A stretch of 60,000 nucleotides of DNA, taken from positions 45,882,001-45,942,000 of the forward strand of contig OZ076409.1 in NCBI GenBank assembly GCA_964187785.1. Reading direction: 5' to 3'. This DNA comes from Amphiscolops sp. MND2022. Its lineage: Eukaryota. The notes under the pieces were generated by a model, which made no database searches, was not told the origin of the DNA, and saw nothing but the letters and a program-made list of their open reading frames with translations. A program made the position numbers and the translations under genes. Of the stretch, positions 39,917-50,200 are shown one piece after another; within the stretch, counting starts at the first letter, position 1; each line of letters opens with the position of its first letter.

Positions 39917-40128
39917 TGCAACCCCGGCAAAAGTCGGTTTAGGATGACTAAAATAGCTTTGTCAAAAACCAAAATCATTCCTTCGTGCTGGCTGGCGTTT
40001 CTCTGAAAAGAGTGCTTGTTGGTTGATGTGGGGGCTCACAACCATTTCGGATGAAGCTTTGCTGCGTGGGTAAACCAGCGGCAAGTGGATTCTCAGTTAG
40101 TTTTGAAGGGCCCCTGGGACCCGGGGTT
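39917..40128 (+). other. GC-rich foldable island preceded by a PPT-like tract (structured RNA or LTR start)
   Basis: GGAAAAAGGAGTG|TGCAACCCCGG. AACCCCGG (39920) pairs with CCGGGGTT (40121). Internal hairpins CTCT-GAAA-AGAG, TGGTTG/CAACCA and TTGCTGC/GCGGCAA. Confidence 0.45.
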
Positions 40129-40511
40129 TTGTGACGACAAGAGCCTGTCCAAATCCACGAACAAAAAAAAAATCATTAAAATATATGAAACTATCAATGG
40201 AAAATAACAAAACATGTATTAAGCTTAAACCGATTCAGAATAAAACCCAATAATGGGGCAACCCATTAAAACGAACACAAAAAAGCAATACGCCAAGACC
40301 ACGCACGACCTAAAAACAAACATGTAAACGCACGATATCGCAACTCTAAAAACTCACCAAAAAACAAAACCGTAGATGTCAATCATTGAAAGTGGTCATC
40401 TTGACTGTCAAATGGACAAATCCATTTCGACAATTAATAGTAAACAACCTACCGTAAAAAAACAGCAATTCTATATATAGACCGAAACAACGAGAATTCA
40501 TTCATCTGAAA

Positions 40512-40633
40512 GGAGCGGTGCAGCTCCACTCACCCAGCTCTGGACTGATACCCTCAGTAACTTGCACGCCTACAGGCTATCAGTACCATTGCTGAGTGAA
40601 CATCTATATTCGGCGGCCACGCAAGCGGCTGCC
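40512..40633 (+). ncRNA. Candidate cis-acting structured RNA element
   Basis: Stems GGAGC/GCTCC, ACTCA/TGAGT, ACTGATA/TATCAGT, GCC/GGC and GGCGGCC/GGCTGCC with a GCAA loop. Possible loop-loop pairing GTGCA/TGCAC. Confidence 0.4.
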
Positions 40634-41464
40634 ACATAAGATCGGAAAAAACTGCATGCAATAATTTTCAAAATTGACAAAATCTAGGCTGAATAACGAC
40701 GGTATATCACATGTAAAGAAAGTGCATGAAAATCCCTAAAAAACACGACATTAACCGACATGTACTTATCAAAACGCACAACGAAATAACACCGAAAGAA
40801 CGTAAACATCAATGAAACAATTGCACATGATACGAAAATACATTTCTGACTACGTTATACCAACATAATTATGTAAAAGAGCAAAAAACGCCAAATTTTC
40901 GAACGCACGATGAAAAAACGATGAATTTTGCAAATAAAACCCATGTAACAACATGCAATGTTTCTTATGTAACGCACAATGTAAAAAAGATAAAAACACG
41001 GATTTCGCGACGTCGCTCAGACGACTGAGGAAAACATGATGAGAATGAGATGAAAATCAAAGCTAAAATACATATGTATTTGTCATATTACTACGAGATG
41101 TAACAACGATGAACACTGGAGCTAGCTGACGTACCAATAAAGAAACACCTAGAGTAAAACATCGACGTAAAAATTACCCTGATTAAACGACTATTTCAAC
41201 CCACATAACCTAAAACGCTGATAACTCAAGAGAAAAACAAATTACGGGAACCAAAAAATATAAATATTGATTCACACCACGCCCAGTTTACATATTTTCC
41301 GCCGTAGCGTCTGGATTTGTATCCTTCTCATTAACTTCTTTGCTTTGCTTTCTTTTCATTGATGTTTTGTTTTCTCATTGGTCTCCCAATATACCAATGA
41401 CTACACTAATATGTAAATAAAATAAATAATACAGCAGACAACAACCAACGCAAACAGTTAAAAA

Positions 41465-42392
41465 TCATTTTCCAATCTCGGGACTGGCAGTCCGCTCCCC
41501 GGTAACATTGTAGCCAAGACTGGCATACAATTGGAAACGATAATCTTCCCCAGCCACGATGCCGACGTCATCCCACAACGTGTCCTCTGTAATCTCTGCT
41601 AAGTCAACGAGCCTCCTGTGCGACTCCATCACTTCTTCTAACAGAGGCTCACTGACACTTCCGTAGCTTCGCACATGATTAGCAGACAAATAACCAGAGA
41701 TTACAGCACATATACAGCTCATGACATCGCTCGACCGGTGCCCGATTCCTTCCCATGTAGCATTGGAAGTGTCCTGCACTCCCCCTCCCAGACAGAAGAC
41801 AAATTGTAGCAGGCTCTGCGCTCCACGACTGGAGCAGTAACGCAACAGATCAACAGCTGAACAGTCGGCAGTCGCCCCAGCTGGCCTAGGTTCGCGCCGG
41901 AAAGCAGTTGTATATTCCAGGAATCCGAGCTCCATTTGACCCTGCTCGACTAAACTGATCCGCCCCATTTCCGCAAGTAAGCCAGTAAAATTGTGAATTT
42001 CCGCCAAAAGATCAGCTTCCGCAACACAAACCAGACTGGAGACACTTCGGACGAAGGCAAGATCGTCGCGAATCCCTGGTAGCAATAATACATTCTTGAC
42101 GACAGACAATAAGAAACTCGGCACCCGCGACACATCCTCATCATAGACCGTCACATCTTCTGTCAAATTATGATCAGTGCTGAAACTCGCGATAAGGGCT
42201 TGTTGTTCAATCTCTGACAGGACACAACTGTCCAATCCACGAACAGCCACCGACGGATGTCCAGGGCAGTGGGCAGGCTCTCTTCGTCAACCAGTATGGT
42301 CAGCAAGCTCTTCACAAAGGAGGCACTCTCGATCGCCCAGTAACAAATCCGCAATGATGAGGACCCGAAGCTCCTTTCGGACGACGTCACTA
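41465..42392 (-). CDS. Antisense accessory ORF-A (copy 2), unknown helical protein, ~308 codons, one in-frame stop
   Basis: Acceptor TTTTCATTTCAG at 42393. The frame reads SDVVRKELRV...RECLLCEELADHTG*RREPAHCPGHPS into the 261-aa ORF 41465-42250. Homolog at 16386-17430. Confidence 0.65.
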
Positions 42393-42414
42393 CTGAAATG
42401 AAAACCACACCAAC

Positions 42415-42601
42415 ACTATATACTATAAATAATCAGACTGATTGGGATCCCGACTTCCACCCTCAAAGTCAGATCCAGCGCATCTACTGGCCCGTTTCCT
42501 GCAGCAAATCGAAGCAGACACAGTACGTCCGTCCAATTGGCCCCTAATTCGTCGCACACATCAGCAAGAGTCCACACATAGACTTCCCCGGATAAAATCG
42601 C
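42415..42601 (-). CDS. Putative small exon of antisense cassette
   Basis: Poly-T plus TTTAG acceptor at 42602, then an open frame AILSGEVYVWTLADVCDELGANWTDVLCLLRF...; GC-rich between AT-rich spacers. Confidence 0.4.
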
Positions 42602-42705
42602 CTAAACAAAAAAAAACAAGTTCCACATAGATAAAACAACCCTATTACAATACAAACTGTTACCAACATAAAAACAACAGAATTAGATAATGGGCACAAT
42701 TCATT

Positions 42706-43227
42706 TTAACACTCAAATAAAAGCGGAATACTACACTTACTTGCAACAAATGAGGGCAGCTCAACAACAAAAGGATCCCTGACAAATCTTTTTAGTCTTT
42801 TCTGCAGATGATTCAGCACCACGTGAATATCCGTCCCGCCTGGCACCTGCCCTCCCACGTCCACAATTGTCCGACTGACTTCAGACAGTACCAGCGTCTT
42901 CACCTCCAGTGATCCGACTCCCTTGGTGCTTCGGAAAAGTCCACCCAGCTGTGGCAACGCGTCACAATACAGTCCACGTGGAACTGGCTCTCCGTGCATA
43001 CAACACCACATGTTAATTAGCCACGTGATGATTCGTCTTTCCCAATCCCGTGCCAGACCAAAACTGAAGACGCAGTAATGACTGATCCCTTCTAATGAAC
43101 ACACTGTGACCGTACCAGTCACTCGCCCCTGTCCAACAGCCAGATGAAAGTTACTGAACCCACTGTTAGACCACAGAGTGATTAGCCTCTTCATTGCGTA
43201 CGGCCACAAACTTAGCAGAACCACACT
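42706..43227 (-). CDS. Antisense accessory ORF-B (copy 2), unknown protein
   Basis: 172-aa ORF preceded by acceptor GTTTTAG (43228), with a GTAAGT donor at 42740. Homolog at 17633-18171. Confidence 0.6.
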   Translation of the reverse strand, partial: SVVLLSLWPYAMKRLITLWSNSGFSNFHLAVGQGRVTGTVTVCSLEGISHYCVFSFGLARDWERRIITWLINMWCCMHGEPVPRGLYCDALPQLGGLFRSTKGVGSLEVKTLVLSEVSRTIVDVGGQVPGGTDIHVVLNHLQKRLKRFVRDPFVVELPSFVASKCSIPLLFEC

Positions 43228-43514
43228 CTAAAACGAACGTCAACATTACTGTACTTTAAATCACTTTACACTTAAAAACAACCCGATATCATTTTATTAG
43301 TCGACAGCCCAACCCCCATCCAAGTTCAACACTACCCATAGAATACCACCCAACCAATGAATTTTCACACTCATGCAAAACTCGAAAATTAAAACAAAAG
43401 AAAATACGAATTATCATCACGTCATTCAGTTCGCACTTAACACCGAACAGAGAGCCCACACCTCCCACAAATTAGTTACGCCGGTGAACTGACAATCCCG
43501 ATAGATTGCGTCAA

Positions 43515-45669
43515 TCACCATGCACACGAGCAGATGCACTGTCTCCTCGCACAATGAATCCTCTTCCTGCTCTTCCCCCACACACGTCGTCCAGCTCCCT
43601 CCAGTTCAAACACTTCCAGCACACTGAAAGAAGGGCACGTCTCAACGAACGGCACTGTTGCACCGCCCAGGCTGGTCCGGCACTCCGCGTTCTCTTCAGT
43701 GCTCATCAGCGACCCGTCGCGTCGCCGCAACGGTAGATCCCGAAACAAACGAATCAGACAGTCCAAACGATGGTGACGGAGCCCACGACAGTACTCCATG
43801 CATGTAGTGATACCTCGGCTAGCAACCTTGATATCACGCTTGCCCAGTAAGCATCGCACGTATGACAGCCGAGACTGATGGTTTCGCGCATAGCCTAGTG
43901 CAAGCCCACAATACTCATGGGTAAACCACCATGACTTGATCACCTTTCGTCCTGCAAACACATCACAACCGTACTTTAAACAACAGTACTACCACAAAAG
44001 TCATTAACAAAGAAAAATGAAAAATCATCCTCCTCACATCCTAAGAATCTAAGAGCCGTTAATTGCTTTAAATTGAAAATCAGGCGGAGAGATGAAAAAA
44101 TGATGTAAAATAATATTTTCATCAGGAAATACACACGGACAACAAACAATGGATAAGATGAAAAAGAGATAGTTTCTGCGAACCGAGAAAATGAAAAATG
44201 AAAAATAAAACGAATTGAACTGAAACAATTGAACGATGAGAAAGAGATGTAAAGTCGAAGAAAAATCTTGAACAACGAAAGGAAATGTAAAACCGAAGAA
44301 AAATTATAAAAGATGGAAAAGAGATGAAAATTACGAAAAGGACTGAAAAACTAAAAAGAGAAACATCCCGTTTGAAAACCTTTAGGTGATGAAAAAATGG
44401 TGAAAAATTGAAAACTTACAAGTAAGAATCGAGTAAATTGAAAGACTAAAAACGATAGGAAATAGATGGAAAAGTAGAGAAATTTTAAAGTTTCCAATGA
44501 AAACGAAAAAACAAAATGTAGAAAAGAAAAGAAAACTGAACAACGAAGGTAAGCGAGTCCACGATATTGCCAAACCGATACCTAACAAGTTTTTAAAAGC
44601 TGTTTAGGTAACCTGGCAAACGTGTAGCGATCATTTCATCATCGGGATCAATGAGGCTGGGCCCCATTGGCGAAGTTTCTTCCGGGCCAGACTCAGACGC
44701 AGAAGCAGCTAGCTCGGAAACAGATTGCGCAGCCAATAACCCGTCGACCGTAAAGTCATTCGGTGGAGCAACAGAAACGTCAGAGTTGGCAGGAGAGAGG
44801 GCATCTGGAAGAGCGAGATCAGGTGCTGCAGTTTCAATGACGTCATGTACAAGAGGAAGCGCAACTGGACCGGCATCAAAAGGTGCATCACACACAGTGT
44901 CAACATCACGGTACTCCACTACAGCTTGCACTGCCTTGTCTTCGCAATCACAGACGGCATCGGCGACCGCATTTGCGTATTGCACCTCGTCCCTGGTAGA
45001 AGTGCCACGACAAAGGGTCACTCGCAGAGGAGGAGGACTTCCAGGAGCAGACCCACTTCCCAGATACCTCTGGAAATTCGGCGACAGTACTGAAACAGGA
45101 GCCTTTGACAACGGAGAACTGGCAGCATTCAGGGACAGGTCTTGAAGAAAAGATGAGAACTCCAGCGGCGGAGGACCTCCTTGCGTACCAGCACCAACAC
45201 TGGCAGTACCGAAGTCGCTGGTCCCAATCCCGATGGAGTACGTGATGGGACGAGGCCTGGGTGCATTGATTGGAGTAGGGCCTGAAAGAGAAAATTGTCA
45301 CTCACCCATCAAAATATCGATTGGCGGGAAGATGAGCAAAACCAACACAAGAAATCCAAAATTTCATCTCAAATTCATCCTAGAAGAACAAAAGTGGTGA
45401 ATCGACCACAAAAGACTGAGAAGTTCGAGACTTCATCTCAAACTCATCCTAACAAACACTATGGCGAGTTGACCGCGAAGGACATTACATGAAGATGAGA
45501 TGGAAACATCGGAATTACAACGTAATGTTCGGACAACGCCTTAGAAAAGGAAAATTGGAAACTTTGTACTCACTGCATTGCTGCACACTTTCACGCAGCA
45601 TGTCCCTCAGGTATCGGTCGTACCACCCGAAGGTAATACTGCCTAGAGAAGCATACCACGGGAAATGAT
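43515..45669 (-). CDS. Spliced antisense gene X (exons 45669-45574, 45281-44613, 43951-43515): Pro/Ser/acidic region plus Cys/His-rich C-terminus
   Basis: Acceptors TATTTCAG, TTTCTCTTTCAG and TGTTTGCAG; donors GTGAGT (45573) and GTTACC (44612). All junctions are phase 1 and join about 400 stop-free codons. A possible further exon at 45885-45762 is cut by the BEL insertion. Confidence 0.65.
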
Positions 45670-45885
45670 CTGAAATACCAAGTGAGAAATCAACGTTTGG
45701 ACGAACGACGATGAAGAATACTACCCTCGGAAACTTGACTACTACAAAAATCTTCAAGTACTTGCTTTGACGACAGCTGCCAGTCTCAGAACGACTGCGA
45801 CGAAGATGAGCGGAAATGCGTAAAGGAAATCGTGGCGATTTTCAACCGACTTTACGAAGAGTGGTTCACGAAGAGTGTGTTGTTG

Positions 45886-46783
45886 TGTTGGCGCCAGTCA
45901 TTTGCGAGATCAGAAACTCAAATCCGAACGTGACTGATGAAACTTATATCTCAAAACTCTTCGAAAATTTATCAAGATTTTAGATGGAAAAATACAAGTC
46001 TAAGCAAAAATGACCCTATGTAATAAAACACCACCCCCCCCCCGTCAAGGTAAACCGCTCACTCAATCACCCTGAAACTTGACACACATATAGTGGTGGT
46101 GCTTCCCTAACTTTTCACTCTTAACAAGCTACCCCGTATCTCCCCTGGGTTCAGAGCAAGTAACACGCAAAGAGACCTAGGTCGGACCCCATGAATTACC
46201 CAATTTTCGATGTATCAATTATTATATGATTTTCTCATATGACCTTGAAGGAAATTCATCTCTGTTGAAATTACTGATATTTACATTGTGTAAACATACT
46301 TTCTAACCCACCTGACCAACATGCCAAAACTACCATATAGTTTGTTTACTTAGCTAATAACTTCATTTTATGCTTTAAATGTCATTTATTTATACAACAT
46401 AATTCAACTGATATTTGCTTATATTTACTGTAGAATTGTAAACCACATGTATACCATTATTAGATAGAGATTTTAACGACTGAATAGCTGTAGTCAAGTT
46501 GGGTCTTAGGACCATTTCAATTCTCAATTCATTTCTTCACCTTTTTTCGACTTTTCGCTAAAGACTTAGGGCGATTAAGTTAGTTACTCTCAACTTGTGG
46601 AGAGTTGGACGTGTTAAGAGACAAGGAAGAAGTGCAAATCGGGATCATTGGATCCTACTAAGTCAAGATACAGTAATTTCAATCTAAGAAGCAAGCAGTG
46701 TTCGGTAACGATCCGCAGTGCCGAGCATCGAATTCAGGGCGGCGTAAAGTTTGGTCAAGTGAAGGGATCAAGCAGCCGTTACA
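45886..46783 (+). repeat. 5' LTR (898 bp, TG...CA)
   Basis: TGTTGGCGCC...GCCGTTACA; direct repeat at 53512. Confidence 0.95.
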
Positions 46784-46785
46784 TT

Positions 46786-46802
46786 TGGTCCGCCGACCCG
46801 GA
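46786..46802 (+). promoter_or_regulatory. Primer-binding site, probably tRNA-Tyr
   Basis: TGGTCCGCCGACCCGGA, 2 nt after the LTR; resembles the tRNA-Tyr type PBS TGGTCCTTCGAGCCGGA. Confidence 0.75.
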
Positions 46803-47216
46803 CATCATCGATTGGGCGGACATCATCACTTTTGGGGCGCACAAAATCAATTGGGCGGACAACTGGATGATCATCTGATTGCTACACAGCCAGAACAGCA
46901 CTGTGCGAACAAGTGAACGTGTACAGTGAACGACAACTAGTGGTGATCTATACACAACTGTGTGTGCTGCAAAGTGGTCTCATCTGGGCTCTCCTTGGGG
47001 AATTGTGTACTCTGGGGCTTGGGCTACTTCTGCAGGCGCTGAAAGATTGTATTCGAAGTGTTTTTACTGGAAACTTTGGTTTACAGTGTACTCTGGGAGT
47101 TTGGGCTATTGTGTACTCTGGGGTTTTTGGGCTACTTCATCGGCTTGTTGGGAATTGTATTCACAGCAGAGTTTGGACTCCTGTGGTGAGCTAGTGTACT
47201 CTGGGGTTTTGGGATA
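46800..47216 (+). repeat. 5' UTR short repeats
   Basis: GGCGGACATCATC-like units (46800-46875) and GTGTACTCTGGG units (47005-47216). Confidence 0.7.
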
Positions 47217-47223
47217 GTTCAAA

Positions 47224-50200
47224 ATGGCTGAACCTAAGAAAATTGATTACAAAAGAATTGACAACTATTTGAAGAGTTCTATCGACAAGCCACAATGGGA
47301 AAGCAACATGAGAGCAATTCAAAACTTTGAGGCAAAATTGGATGAAATACATGCTGAGCTGCGCAAAGCAGACGTAACGAAGGAAAAACTCGCAGACCTT
47401 CTACCGAACCGACAAGACCTACTGCCTAAATGGAAGAGACTCGTCGGGGCGAACACAGCACTCTTGAAAGTCAAGTATCAGCCAGAATGGGCGGATAACA
47501 AAGGCGACCGATTCTGCAGATATCGGAATGAATTAGATTCCTTGGAAACACGACATAAAATCATTAGTCAGATGCTCACAATGATGAGGAGCCTAAAGAA
47601 TGAAGGACAGTTGAAGGAGTTCATACAACTTCAAAACTCCAAAGAGAAATGTGATGAAATGCTTCAGAAAAACGAAGATGAAATCAATAAAAATCGAGAT
47701 ACACTTTGCAACTCAGAGGATTACAAATCATTGGTAGAAACAAACGAAGAAACCCTCAAAAGGAGAGATGAAATTGTGGCTGAGATGGATGAGTTGTTGA
47801 AACACAGTGGAGATACTTCAATCTACAGTGAGTTGCATCGTGTGGAGGGAATAATGGCCCGTGCCAGGGTGAATTGGCAAGAGCAACAACTAAAGTCCCG
47901 TGACACTTCTCCTCAGAAGAATGCGAATGAAGAAATGGCACAAGGTACCGATAGACCCTATTCGTTTGAGAATCGTTGTGTTAATGATGTGAATTCGCTA
48001 CCTGAAGAAAGAGTTCAGTGTGCAAGCAAGGCACATTCAAAGGGCAACAGAACATCAGTTAGTTCAAAGTCAAATACTACAAAGCGATTGATGCTCCTCG
48101 AACTGGAAGCAATGAAGAAACAAGAAGAATTTGATGAACAACTAGCCGCCAAGAAACGCGAAGCAGAAATCCGGAAGAAACACGAGGAAATGGATAACCT
48201 CACAGAAGAACTCGAAATAGCTAAACTTCAAGAGGAGAAGGCAAGGGCTAAACGAATCGCAGAGAAGGAAATGGAAATCGCTCGGGCGGAGGGAAGCAGA
48301 GCAAGCACAAGTTTGCGAAACATCTCGCCAATACCCATCCACAGCGATCCGTTTGAAAAGGTACCTTCTTGGCTTGATGAAAATGGATGTGACGAAAAAA
48401 CAACGAAGTTTGGAGAAGAGTTATCCAAAATCGCACTGGCCAACGAACCTATCAAACCACAACCTGACCCTTTGCCACACACAACGCAAATGTCCCACCT
48501 GGCTGCTAAGACAGCGCAGCCGACCATGGTAAAGGATAGCACGTCGGCCAGTCAGTTCGCGCCGAACGCTGCATCAGCGAAGATGCAAATGAAAAAGACA
48601 TTTCAACAGCATGTGCAGTTTGGGAACTTCGAACCTCCAAACCAACCATTGTTAAGTAACCAATTGAAAAGTGGCACCTTGCCACCACCAGTGGCACCCT
48701 CAGCTAACTACTCGGCCCCCATACAGAGTCAATTCGCGACAACAAGAAATGAAGCAGTGAGCCTACCAGCCAGTTTGCCGAAGCTGAAGCTGGCAGAATT
48801 CTCAGGCGACCCATTGGAATGGCCTTAGTGGTCAGGGTTGTTCCTCTCGACTGTCCATGCTGCGAACATTGACACCAGTCTGAAGATGAATCACCTCAAA
48901 ACGCTGGTCACTGGAAAGGCAAAGGAAGTAATAGCTGGACTAGGCTACACTGGAGACATGTATGACATTGCTTGGAATACCTTGGTCGCGCACTTTGGAA
49001 GACCACAAGTGGTAGTTAACGCACAATTGAGACGAATATACACCTTTCCGCCAGTGAAAGCGTACGACTCCGTAGCATTGGTCAAATACTCAAGAATAGT
49101 TTCAAGTTGTGTACAAGTTCTGACGCAGATGAACTATGTTGGCGACTTGCAGTCAGAAGGCGTCCTGAGCAGTGCGACCAGAAAATTGCCAATGAACATG
49201 AAGACGAAATGGTTGGCGCACGCGAGACAAAATGCTAATTACTACATGGGGCTGGAAGCGTTCAGCTTATGGTTGCAAGAGGTAGCAGCAGTGCAGGAAG
49301 ATGTTCTCATGACAGGCAATCCCAACGCCGACAAATCGAAATGGACAAGTAAAGACAAACCAAAGAACTCTACGTTCTCAACCTTTGCTGACGACAGTGC
49401 CGACAAAAAGACTGGTCATGATTGTCCATTGAAAGATGGTAAACATCCTTTGTGGAAATGCGAGAAGTTTCTGAAGATGACTGGTCAAGCACGATATGAG
49501 AAAGTCAAGGAGTTGAAACTCTGCTTTTGTTGTTTGGCTGGGAAACATGTAGTGAAAGACTGCACATACAAAGCGTGTGGGGTCAAAGGTTGTAACAGGC
49601 GGCACCATCGATTGCTACACCGCGAGGCAAACGAACGGCCGAAAGAAAGTGGAGTAGAAGACCCACAACAGAAGGCGGAGGCGAACTCTGCATTTTGCTC
49701 ACTGAAGAGCAGTGGGATTCTGCCAGTTATACCGGTCATCATCCAAATTGGAAAAAAGCAAGAATCAACCTTGGCGTTGTGTGACTCCGGAACGAGTCTA
49801 TCGTTCATTGACAAGGAATTAGCCAACAAGTTAAATGCTCACGGGGAAGAAATTGACCTGAGTGTGGCTGGAATACATGGGACAAATGATGTAAAAGTGT
49901 GAACGATTCACGTTGGGAATTCGTGGCAAGGGATTGAGCGACACACACCACATGACAGTTTACACTCATCCAAACATAGACGCTGGAACAAAGACCTACA
50001 ACTATCAGGAGCTCAAACTTGCCTATCCCCATTTGTCGGTCCTAAGCGAAGAAACATTGAAACTCAAAGATGTAAAAATGATATTGGGACAAACCTGCTA
50101 CCATATACATCGGCCTGTAGAATATAAAAGCTGCACGAATGGTGAGCCTTGGGCAGTGAAAACGAAACTTGGATGGACTCTCTGTGGACCACTTCCACAG

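Noticed and set aside
43976..44588. Phe-rich ORFs resembling membrane proteins
   Set aside because: They are translations of a T-rich putative intron (43952-44612).
44651..45145. 164-aa plus-strand ORF
   Set aside because: Shadow of the spliced minus-strand exon 45281-44613.
45930..45975. CTGATGA...GAAA in the LTR, resembling a hammerhead core
   Set aside because: No stem II, or flanking stems I/III, can be formed.
46648..47217. Short ORFs in the LTR/5' UTR, some hydrophobic
   Set aside because: They derive from LTR and UTR repeats, and the frames are not conserved in sibling elements.
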